This document shows, one piece after another, positions 6,826-13,868 of a DNA stretch of 46,273 nucleotides. The translations under genes and the position numbers were made by a program. Position 1 is the first letter of the stretch, and the number at the start of each line of letters is the position of its first letter. A model generated the notes under the pieces. That model worked only from the letters and a program-made list of their open reading frames with translations, was not told the origin of the DNA and did not search any database. The stretch is from a virus: positions 1 through 46,273 of the IMG/VR virus record IMGVR_UViG_3300005825_000078, one strand, 5' to 3'.

Positions 6826-6847
6826 ATCGGGGAATATCGGGGAATAT
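6826..6847. repeat. Two tandem 10-bp units (ATCGGGGAAT x2), inverted relative to the 6571-6610 array
   Basis: GGGGAATAT at 6829-6837 and 6839-6847 is the reverse complement of ATATTCCCC, which is similar to the left-hand units. Confidence 0.85.
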
Positions 6848-6870
6848 AGAGGTAAATGATAAGTCCAACG

Positions 6871-6895
6871 AAAAAGAGCCGAGTTTCCCCGGCCC
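6871..6895 (-). terminator. Intrinsic terminator of paralog A
   Basis: The minus strand reads GGGCCGGG-GAAA-CTCGGCTC, then TTTTT. The stem is 8 bp with two G-U pairs. Confidence 0.65.
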
Positions 6896-6917
6896 CTTTC
6901 GTGCAATGCGACGACTA

Positions 6918-7382
6918 TTAGAATCCGACTTCGACGCCCTTGCCTTTCTTGGCCTTCAGGCGTTCCGCAAGAGCTCGCTTGATGCCCTTGGCGTTGGCCT
7001 TGAGCACCGCGTCTTTCTTGTCGCCGGGCAGGCCGTTCCACGCGGAGAGAATAGCGTCTTCCGCACGCGTGTCGCCACGAGCACGCTTGGCCGCGACGAT
7101 GAACGAGCCGATGACCTGGTTTTGTTCGTCGGTCGTGAGTTCGATCTTCTCGCGATCGACGCCCCAGTTGCCCGCGAGCAGTTGTTCAAGCCCAGTTGCA
7201 ATGGCTTTGCGCGCTTCGGCGGTGTCTTTACCGGCGGTGTAGTTGCGGAGTTTCGTGCGGATGCCGAGCTTCAGCATTTGATCGAGGACGTTCTTGGGAA
7301 ACTGCGACGCTTCGACGGCGGTAGGTGCACCGTTGTCCTCAAAGTCGATTTCGAATTTGTTGCCTTCCCATGCGTATTTCAT
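6918..7382 (-). CDS. Hypothetical protein, paralog A of a duplicated family (154 aa)
   Basis: ORF track. It has its own promoter and terminator. About half of the last ~74 residues are identical to paralog B. Confidence 0.8.
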   Translation of the reverse strand: MKYAWEGNKFEIDFEDNGAPTAVEASQFPKNVLDQMLKLGIRTKLRNYTAGKDTAEARKAIATGLEQLLAGNWGVDREKIELTTDEQNQVIGSFIVAAKRARGDTRAEDAILSAWNGLPGDKKDAVLKANAKGIKRALAERLKAKKGKGVEVGF

Positions 7383-7442
7383 GGTTATACCTTTCGAAAG
7401 TTAGTAGCGATTGGGCGCGAACCCCACGTCCGCGCTGATTGA

Positions 7443-7471
7443 ATTATCCCTGATGGGGGATGCGTTGTCAA
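7443..7471 (-). promoter_or_regulatory. Sigma70-type promoter (TTGACA-17 nt-GATAAT) for paralog A
   Basis: The reverse complement of 7443..7471 reads TTGACA ACGCATCCCCCATCAGG GATAAT. Confidence 0.7.
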
Positions 7472-7485
7472 GCGATATTTTCAAT

Positions 7486-7528
7486 CGGCCACCCACTGGC
7501 GACGGGGCGGATTTGGGCGGCCACCCAC
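7486..7528. repeat. Direct repeat CGGCCACCCAC x2 (7486-7496 and 7518-7528), upstream of the paralog A promoter
   Basis: Read directly. The two copies start 32 bp apart. Confidence 0.8.
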
Positions 7529-7550
7529 GTGAGCGGGCGGGGGGAGGGGC

Positions 7551-7582
7551 GAAAAGAAACGAGCCGGGATGCTCTCCGGCCC
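7551..7582 (-). terminator. Intrinsic terminator of paralog B
   Basis: The minus strand reads GGGCCGG-AGAGCATC-CCGGCTC, then GTTTCTTTTC. The stem sequence is homologous to the terminator of paralog A. Confidence 0.6.
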
Positions 7583-7594
7583 GCTTCTCGCGTT

Positions 7595-8083
7595 TTAGAT
7601 ATCGATCTCGCTTGCCTTGCCGCGTTTGACATTCAACCTTTCGCGGAGGACTCGCTTGATCTCCTTCTTATTCGCGTCGAGAACCGCTTGCTGTTTTGCA
7701 GCGGGGAGTTTGCTCCAGATCGTTCTGATCTCGGCTTCCGGGCGTTTGTCGCCGAGATCGCGTTTGCGCGAGACAATGAAGCCCGCGATCGCGTCGGCTT
7801 GTTCTTCTGTCGAAAGTTCGACTTTGCCCGGTCGCGCGATTTGGAGCTCGCCGTGCATCCAGGCCGTCCATTGCGCTTGGATGTTATCGGCGGCCGCTTT
7901 TCGGTCCTCCGCCGCGTCGATCTTGCCCGCTGTCCGTTCGCGGAAAACGCGCTGCACCGCAACAGCGACTAAGGCCTGTTGCACCTTCTCCGGCAACTCT
8001 GCCGGGTTGAAGGCGAGCTCCTCGTTGCTGCCCTGCAACACAACCACCTTCCCTTCTTGGATGATGCTCGTCTTGACTTCCAT
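7595..8083 (-). CDS. Hypothetical protein, paralog B of a duplicated family (162 aa)
   Basis: ORF track. It has its own promoter and terminator, and its C-terminal half aligns with paralog A. Confidence 0.8.
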   Translation of the reverse strand: MEVKTSIIQEGKVVVLQGSNEELAFNPAELPEKVQQALVAVAVQRVFRERTAGKIDAAEDRKAAADNIQAQWTAWMHGELQIARPGKVELSTEEQADAIAGFIVSRKRDLGDKRPEAEIRTIWSKLPAAKQQAVLDANKKEIKRVLRERLNVKRGKASEIDI

Positions 8084-8132
8084 TTGATAGCCCTTTCAGA
8101 AGTGGCGCCGCGAAATGCGAGCGCCTATATAT

Positions 8133-8161
8133 ATGATAGTCGAATGGCAGAAATGTTCCAA
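8133..8161 (-). promoter_or_regulatory. Sigma70-type promoter (TTGGAA-17 nt-TATCAT) for paralog B
   Basis: The reverse complement of 8133..8161 reads TTGGAA, then 17 nt, then TATCAT. Confidence 0.6.
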
Positions 8162-8316
8162 TGAAACGTTTTGATGCGCGCATAAGCATACCGCATGACC
8201 CGGCCTGCCCCCCAACGCCCGCCCCCGGCGACTATGGGGGGCGTCCTCACGGCGGACTGTATAGTGGGAGAATCCCCGGGGAGTACGAACGGCGCACTGT
8301 GTGGTGTGATAATCCT

Positions 8317-8338
8317 CTGGGATTCAGTTACTGAATTC
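8317..8338. repeat. 22-nt palindromic motif CTGGGATTCAG-TTA-CTGAATTC (second copy at 5997..6018)
   Basis: It is identical at 20 of 22 positions to 5997..6018. A related direct-repeat version lies at 17914..17938. Confidence 0.85.
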
Positions 8339-8394
8339 GGAGGTCGTTTGGCGGGCCGCACAACGTGCGCCCGGAGCTAAGTCGCCCGGAGCCG

Positions 8395-8574
8395 TTACCA
8401 CTCCTCAAAACTATCCTTCTTCTCCGTGGGGTCGGGCTCGCCCCTAAACTGGCGCAGGGCGCGCTGGCGCAGTTCCACGTGGTACTTATTGCGACATCTA
8501 GAACTGCAAAAGATCTGCCATGGACGCTTCGGCGTGAATTGTTTCTTGCAGGGTGTATAAGCGCAGGTAGCCAT
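8395..8574 (-). CDS. Small FCS/TRASH-like zinc-finger protein (59 aa, MATCAYTPCKKQF...QIFCSSRCRNKYH)
   Basis: Hand-translated; it is one residue shorter than the shortest ORF listed in the track (60 aa). It has a CxxxxC...FCSxxC pattern and is the second gene after the leftward early promoter. Confidence 0.6.
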   Translation of the reverse strand: MATCAYTPCKKQFTPKRPWQIFCSSRCRNKYHVELRQRALRQFRGEPDPTEKKDSFEEW

Positions 8575-8623
8575 CTTCTAGGAGCTCCAAGTGGGGGGTA
8601 GTGGTGTAGAAGTGCTGATACTT

Positions 8624-8761
8624 TTACGATGGAGCGTGGTCTTGCGTAGGAGCGTAGTCACCGCAGTAAAAACACTCCCAGGGGCGATCGCTTTCGCGCT
8701 GGGAGTAACATCGCAGGGTAGCGCCTAGGCGCTTCGAGGTGGGCCGACGTTGCGTTGACAC
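8624..8761 (-). CDS. Small Cys-containing peptide candidate (45 aa, GTG start)
   Basis: Hand-translated. AGGAG lies 6 nt upstream of the GTG at 8761, about 20 nt downstream of the predicted transcription start. It has an RPWECFYC motif that resembles the next gene. Confidence 0.35.
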   Translation of the reverse strand: MSTQRRPTSKRLGATLRCYSQRESDRPWECFYCGDYAPTQDHAPS

Positions 8762-8790
8762 GCAGAGCTCCTGTTGGGCTAGCTCCTTGC

Positions 8791-8819
8791 ATGATAATGC
8801 ATTGCTCGCATTTTGTCAA
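8791..8819 (-). promoter_or_regulatory. Leftward early promoter (TTGACA-17 nt-TATCAT)
   Basis: The reverse complement of 8791..8819 reads TTGACA AAATGCGAGCAATGCAT TATCAT. Confidence 0.7.
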
Positions 8820-8871
8820 CCCCGTCCTTCCCTTCCATTCCCCCTCCCCGTCCCTCGTTCTCCACCCCTCC
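8820..8871. other. Polypyrimidine (plus) / G-rich (minus) tract between the divergent promoters
   Basis: 47 of 52 plus-strand bases are C or T. The C-runs at 8830-32, 8840-44, 8846-49 and 8852-54 give a G3+N1-7 quadruplex motif on the minus strand. Confidence 0.8.
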
Positions 8872-8881
8872 AATAAATCGC

Positions 8882-8910
8882 TTGCAACGTTTCGCTTCCC
8901 GGTATATCCT
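8882..8910 (+). promoter_or_regulatory. Candidate rightward (late arm) promoter (TTGCAA ... TATATC/TATCCT)
   Basis: TTGCAA lies at 8882-8887. TATATC follows with a 15-nt spacer, or TATCCT with a 17-nt spacer. This match is weaker than the leftward promoters. Confidence 0.4.
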
Positions 8911-8954
8911 CCGCCCCATCGTAACGCACCAGCCGCCCCGTTGCGGAGGTTACT

Positions 8955-9464
8955 ATGGCGAAAGCGCAGATTATCAAACTTCGGCCCCTGCACGAGCAAA
9001 TTGCTCTGAGCATTCTGCAGAACCCCGGGATCACGAACCGTGAGCTCTCGCAGCAGTTCGGCCGGACGGAAACGTGGATCTCGATCGTGCGGAACAGCGA
9101 TTGCTTCACGGCGAAGATCGACGAGCTTCATGCCGACGCGGAGGATCGAGTAGTCGCTGACATTCCGACGAAACTTCGGGTGGTCGCTGACATGGCGCTC
9201 GACCGCGTGACGGAGAATCTAGTGCAGGAGCGCTGCACGCCGTCGTACGCCATGGGTGCGTTGAAAGAAGCATTGGGCGCGCTCGGATACAAGCCGGGAG
9301 GCGGTGTGGGCACGACCTCGCCCGTGGGCACGCAGAATAACTACTTCTTCACGGCCTCGCCGAAAGAGCTGCAAACGGCGCGGGAACGTTTGGTCTTGAA
9401 CCACGAGGCGCCGAGTGACAAACAGCTTTTGCCCGAGGCCGTCATGGTTTCGACCGGCGGGTAA
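8955..9464 (+). CDS. HTH DNA-binding protein, probable small terminase subunit (169 aa)
   Basis: GGAGG RBS. It has an HTH-like ITNRELSQQFGRTETWISIVRNS segment and is the first gene of the packaging module, upstream of the large terminase. Confidence 0.55.
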   Translation: MAKAQIIKLRPLHEQIALSILQNPGITNRELSQQFGRTETWISIVRNSDCFTAKIDELHADAEDRVVADIPTKLRVVADMALDRVTENLVQERCTPSYAMGALKEALGALGYKPGGGVGTTSPVGTQNNYFFTASPKELQTARERLVLNHEAPSDKQLLPEAVMVSTGG

Positions 9465-10008
9465 TGTACTGTGGGCTCGGTTCGACGCTGTCGGGCCGGG
9501 CTTCACAGTGCCGCACTTGCGTGGACGGAGAGGCGATGGGATACGATACGAGTGGAAGGTCCACGGGTATCTCGCTCGGTTATTTCCCGGAAAGGTGTGC
9601 CATGCGCCGTGGATACGCTTTCATAGTGAGGGCCAGCGTCTTCGTTGGGCGCAACCGGACGTGCTGCTCATCGACATTCTTGCCGGTCGGATCGTCGTTG
9701 GGGAAGTTAAGCATACGCATACGTCGGATGCTTGGTATCAGCTTGAGCATCTGTACAAACCGCTTCTTCGTACGATATTCCCCGAGAACCTGTGGAGAAT
9801 CGATTTACTCGAGATCGTTCGATGGTACGATCCGGCCACGTTGTTTCCATGCCCAATCGTGCTGACGAACGATCCCTTTAACGTGCCGCTCGGACGGTTT
9901 GGTGTGCACATCATTGGAAGAAAGGAGTTGAACTATGGCGAAGCAGCGAAAGAAAAAGGGTGGAAAGAAGACGCCTCCGATGCCGGGGTACTGATGTCTA
10001 GCTTTTAG
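9415..10008 (+). CDS. PD-(D/E)XK nuclease-fold protein (197 aa, start uncertain)
   Basis: It has the motif PDVLLIDILAGRIVVGEVKH (D...ExK). The start is GTG at 9415, with GAGG 6 nt upstream. There is no in-frame ATG until the last few codons (VLMSSF). Confidence 0.55.
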   Translation: MTNSFCPRPSWFRPAGNVLWARFDAVGPGFTVPHLRGRRGDGIRYEWKVHGYLARLFPGKVCHAPWIRFHSEGQRLRWAQPDVLLIDILAGRIVVGEVKHTHTSDAWYQLEHLYKPLLRTIFPENLWRIDLLEIVRWYDPATLFPCPIVLTNDPFNVPLGRFGVHIIGRKELNYGEAAKEKGWKEDASDAGVLMSSF

Positions 10009-10016
10009 GAGGTGCT

Positions 10017-10172
10017 ATGCCTGCGAAGAGTGCAAAGCAGCAGCGGTTCATGGGCATGTGCTCCACGCCGAAGGGCAGGAAGAAGGCGAAAGGAAAGTGT
10101 CCGCCTGTGAAAGTGGCGAAGGAGTTTGCGCATAATCCGGACACGCCGCACAAGGTAAGCTCTAAGTGGTAG
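10017..10172 (+). CDS. DUF3008-like small protein (51 aa, MPAKSAKQQRFMGMC...)
   Basis: Hand-translated. AGGAGG lies 5 nt upstream. The N-terminal MPAKS.KQQRF.G signature is typical of DUF3008. Confidence 0.6.
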   Translation: MPAKSAKQQRFMGMCSTPKGRKKAKGKCPPVKVAKEFAHNPDTPHKVSSKW

Positions 10173-11632
10173 TTGCGCTGGAAGAGATCACGCCGCAAGA
10201 AGCCGTACAGCTCGGGGCCGAGAGTCTCGGGCTGTTCGGCCGTTTGTTCTTTCCGCGTACGTTTCGACAAGAGTCGCCCGCGTTTCATAAGGAGATGGAC
10301 GCTGCGTTGTACTCCCCTTCGAGGTACAACGCGTTTATGGTCTTTCGTGATGGGGCGAAGACGACACGCTTTCGCGTCTACACGGCGCAGCGGATTTCGT
10401 ACGGGATTAGTCGTACGATCATGTACACTTCCGGGAGTCAGATACATTCGATCATGTCGCTAAGGTGGTTAAAGCGGCAGGTGATGTATAATACGAAATG
10501 GGCCCAAACGTTCGGTTTGCGCAAAGGCGAAAAGTGGACGGATGAGTGGTTGGAGATTTATCACGGCGTCGATGAAATGCCGATTACAGTACTCGCGATG
10601 GGTATCACGGGGCAGATCCGCGGGTTCAATCCCGACGACTTCAGGCCAGACCTGATTATTTTGGACGACGTATTGAATGAAGAAAACACAGCAACAGACG
10701 AACAGAGGAAGAAAACGGACGCCCTTATCTTTGGCGCGTTGGTTAACTCACTCGCTCCCGCGACCGAGGCGCCGTTGGCAAAGGTTGTGTTCGGGCAGAC
10801 GCCGTTCGATAAGAGAGATGCGATCCATACGTGTTTGAACGATCCCATGTGGAATGGGCTGAAGTTTGGAATTTTCGACGATAAAGGCAGCTCACGCTGG
10901 GAAGAGCGGTGGCCGACGAAGACGATGAAGGAGGAGAAAGAAGCGGCGATACGGCGGGGGCAGTATTCGTTGTGGATGCGGGAGAAGGAATGCACGATCG
11001 TGTCGTCGGAGTACAAGGCGATTGACGTACGGCGGTTTCGCTTCTGGGATATACTGCCGGAATACATGGACGTTATCATTGCTATCGACCCGGCGAGTAG
11101 TGATTCGAAAGACGCGGACGATAACGTCGTGGGTACTCTCGGCTTTCGCGGGATGGACGTTTATCTCCTGGCGTATAAGATTTCAAAAGGTACGATGCCC
11201 GATATGTGCGCTGCGCACTTCTTCGAGCAAGCGTTAACGTTTCGGCCCTTGCGCGCAGCTGTGGAGTCAATCTCGTATCAGCGGACGCTTGCGTGGTATA
11301 TTGAACAAGAATCGATCAAACGCAGAGTGTTCATCCCCGTGAGCCGCGTGCAAGATAAAAGGAGCAAGGCGAATCGTATCATGGGCACGATTCCCGGGAT
11401 CTCCGCGTATGGGCATTTCTACATTCATCCTTCGATGACGGAGTTTATCGAACAAGCGGATGACTACGACCCGCAGGTGAAAGATCAGCCAGACGACATT
11501 CTGGACATGGTGGCAATTGGCATTATCGATTACAACCCCGCTTTGCACCAGGCCGGTCTTACGATCGACGGCGAAGCTCAACGTGTCGACGACGACTATG
11601 GTGAACCGCTACGCATGAGAGGTGCCCCGTGA
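10166..11632 (+). CDS. terL: Terminase large subunit (488 aa)
   Basis: It has a Walker A-like FRDGAKTT, a Walker B LIILDDV, and nuclease Asp motifs (IAIDPASS and DDILDMVA). It lies immediately upstream of the portal. Confidence 0.9.
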   Translation: MVVALEEITPQEAVQLGAESLGLFGRLFFPRTFRQESPAFHKEMDAALYSPSRYNAFMVFRDGAKTTRFRVYTAQRISYGISRTIMYTSGSQIHSIMSLRWLKRQVMYNTKWAQTFGLRKGEKWTDEWLEIYHGVDEMPITVLAMGITGQIRGFNPDDFRPDLIILDDVLNEENTATDEQRKKTDALIFGALVNSLAPATEAPLAKVVFGQTPFDKRDAIHTCLNDPMWNGLKFGIFDDKGSSRWEERWPTKTMKEEKEAAIRRGQYSLWMREKECTIVSSEYKAIDVRRFRFWDILPEYMDVIIAIDPASSDSKDADDNVVGTLGFRGMDVYLLAYKISKGTMPDMCAAHFFEQALTFRPLRAAVESISYQRTLAWYIEQESIKRRVFIPVSRVQDKRSKANRIMGTIPGISAYGHFYIHPSMTEFIEQADDYDPQVKDQPDDILDMVAIGIIDYNPALHQAGLTIDGEAQRVDDDYGEPLRMRGAP

Positions 11633-13587
11633 ACGAAGAACTGTCCATTACACTCGATCCGCTGAAGGAGAAGCATACAATACTCGTGTCTGCGCTGCGC
11701 GCGCGTTTGCGGCGTTCGTACGACGACATGAGCAAGTCGTATGCAAACTGGGCGACGCGGGAGGAGCAGTTTCAGGCGTATGTGAAACCGAAGGAGGAAG
11801 ACAAGCCTAAGCGGGCACGTGATCCGGAGGATACGAACTATAGCGACATCTACGTGCCGTATTCGTACGCAATGGCGATGACGGCACATACGTACTTGTC
11901 GAGCGTGTTCCTGGGCCGGAATCCGGTGTATCAACTACAAGGGCGGCACGGAGAAAGCGAGCAGAAGACGCTTGCGATGGAAGCGTTGTTGGATTATCAG
12001 ATGTTAGTCGGCGCGCATCTGGTGCCGCTGTACATCTGGCTGCTCGATCCGGCGAAGTACGGCATGGGCTTTCTTGGGCACTACTGGCAGAATGAAGTGA
12101 TTACGACCACGAGGCTGATTGAGGTGCCACGTACGTTCATGGGTATTCCGTTGCAAGGGGTCGGAACGAAGGAACTGCAAACGGTCGACGTCCCGGGGTA
12201 TCAGGGGACGAAGTTGTTTAACATTCGTCCGCAAGACGCGTTCCCCGACACGCGAGTTCCCGTGTGGCGCATGCAGGAGGGGGAGTTCTTCGCACGGTAC
12301 GTTGAAATTCCGTGGAGCGAAGTAAAAGATGGGGCGCGGAACGGAACGTATATCAACCTCAAAATGATCCCTGCGGGTGGAACGATCGAACGCTCGAGCT
12401 ACTATCAGTCGGAGATGCGAAACTTGGGTGGGGCAGTGTCTAACCTCCCGGGCGATTTGGATACGATATACTCGAATTTCGAGAGTGACCAGAAGCGGAA
12501 GAGTGGCATGGTCCGTGGGCATGAGTTCTACTGGAAGATCTCACCACGCGAATGGGGGCTCGGGCCGAGTGAGAAGTACGAAATGTGGGCGATCACACTG
12601 ACGCTCAACGACGTGATCATTCGCGCCCAACCGATGGGGCTTGTGCATGGACAGTTTCCTATCGACGTTCTACAATGGGAACCGGATGGGTACAACGTTA
12701 CAACCCGCGGCGCGATGGATATCACGAAGGATTTGGAAGACTTAATGAACTGGCTCGTGAATTCGCACATGTACAGCGTGCGGAGTTCGCAGTATAGTAC
12801 TTGGCTGTACGATCCCACGATGATCGTCGGGAAGGACTTCGAGCGGCCGGGGCCGGGTCGGGCGATTCGGCTGAAACCTAATGCGTACGGGCGCGATGTC
12901 CGTACGATGTTGCAGCAAATGCCGTATCAAGATACAACGCAGAACAACCTCGGCAATGCGCAGTACGTGTCGGACATTATGCAGCGTGTCCTTGGCGTGA
13001 CGGATAATGTCATGGGACAGGTGAATCAGGGCGGGCGGAAGACTGCGACGGAGGTACGGACGAGTACGAGTTTCTCCGTGAATCGGTTGAAGACGATTGC
13101 GGAGTTCTACTCAGCAGTGGGTTTTGGACCGTTCGCGCAGAAGCTTGTGCAGACGACGCAACAGAATTTCGACCAAGAGCGGGCGTATAGGATTGTGGGG
13201 GATCTCGCACTATTCAGTCCCGGGTTCATGCAGGTTACACCCGATATGATCGCGGGTTTTTACGACTTCGTGCCTGTCGACGGTACGTTCCCGGTCGACC
13301 GGTTTGCGCAGGCGAACCTGTGGCAAATGATGATGGGGCAGATGGTGAAGTTTCCCCAGATCATGATGCAGTACGATATGGGGAAAATCTTCGGTTGGGT
13401 TGCGCAACTTGCCGGGATTAAGAACATCAATCAGTTTCGCGTGAACGTGCAGGATCCAAACGCATTGGCCGCAGCTGCAGCAGCGGGAAATGTAGTGCCG
13501 ATCGGTGGACAGGGTAAGAGCGGTCCACCGGATTTGAATCGTGGTAGTATGGCTGCGCAAGTTGGAGGCGCGGGGAGTGCTGGATGA
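11629..13587 (+). CDS. Portal protein (652 aa)
   Basis: It has a GTGA overlap with the terL stop. Its size and position (terL-portal-scaffold-capsid order) fit a portal. Confidence 0.8.
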   Translation: MNEELSITLDPLKEKHTILVSALRARLRRSYDDMSKSYANWATREEQFQAYVKPKEEDKPKRARDPEDTNYSDIYVPYSYAMAMTAHTYLSSVFLGRNPVYQLQGRHGESEQKTLAMEALLDYQMLVGAHLVPLYIWLLDPAKYGMGFLGHYWQNEVITTTRLIEVPRTFMGIPLQGVGTKELQTVDVPGYQGTKLFNIRPQDAFPDTRVPVWRMQEGEFFARYVEIPWSEVKDGARNGTYINLKMIPAGGTIERSSYYQSEMRNLGGAVSNLPGDLDTIYSNFESDQKRKSGMVRGHEFYWKISPREWGLGPSEKYEMWAITLTLNDVIIRAQPMGLVHGQFPIDVLQWEPDGYNVTTRGAMDITKDLEDLMNWLVNSHMYSVRSSQYSTWLYDPTMIVGKDFERPGPGRAIRLKPNAYGRDVRTMLQQMPYQDTTQNNLGNAQYVSDIMQRVLGVTDNVMGQVNQGGRKTATEVRTSTSFSVNRLKTIAEFYSAVGFGPFAQKLVQTTQQNFDQERAYRIVGDLALFSPGFMQVTPDMIAGFYDFVPVDGTFPVDRFAQANLWQMMMGQMVKFPQIMMQYDMGKIFGWVAQLAGIKNINQFRVNVQDPNALAAAAAAGNVVPIGGQGKSGPPDLNRGSMAAQVGGAGSAG

Positions 13588-13868
13588 GTGCGAGGGAGGA
13601 GAAACGACTCTGGGAGGCGTTACAGGCGCATCCGGGGTGGAAGATGCTCGAAGGCATCGTGGACTCACGCTGTTCAAATTTAGCTTCCGACGTGCTACGT
13701 CCTGTGCTATCCTCCGAGGAGATGCTCGCACGCAACGCGTTGAGCGGAGAAATTTTGGGTATGCACTGGGTGCTTGCCCTTCCACATCAGCAGGCGGAAA
13801 TGCTTGGTGAAGATTTGAAACGATTGGAGGCAACAGGTGAAGCTGAAGACGATGAACCGGCTGCTTGA
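13584..13868 (+). CDS. Hypothetical protein (94 aa)
   Basis: ORF track. It has an ATGA overlap with the portal stop. Confidence 0.6.
   Translation: MSAREEKRLWEALQAHPGWKMLEGIVDSRCSNLASDVLRPVLSSEEMLARNALSGEILGMHWVLALPHQQAEMLGEDLKRLEATGEAEDDEPAA

Noticed and set aside
6777-7442. A 221-aa plus-strand ORF. A similar 170-aa plus-strand ORF lies at 7460..7972.
   Set aside because: Both lie exactly antisense to the two paralog genes. Those genes have promoters, RBSs, terminators and protein-like sequences. The plus-strand translations are Arg/Gly/Val-rich with non-ATG starts, which is typical of antisense shadow ORFs.
8125-8361. A 78-aa minus-strand ORF in the spacer upstream of paralog B.
   Set aside because: It has a Pro/Arg-rich sequence and reads straight through the -35/-10 elements of the paralog B promoter. 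The region is better explained as regulatory or structured non-coding DNA.
8658-9131. A 157-aa minus-strand ORF spanning the divergent promoter region and the start of the TerS gene.
   Set aside because: It would begin inside the plus-strand TerS gene and read through both promoters. The short AGGAG-preceded ORF 8624..8761, in another frame, fits the transcription start better.
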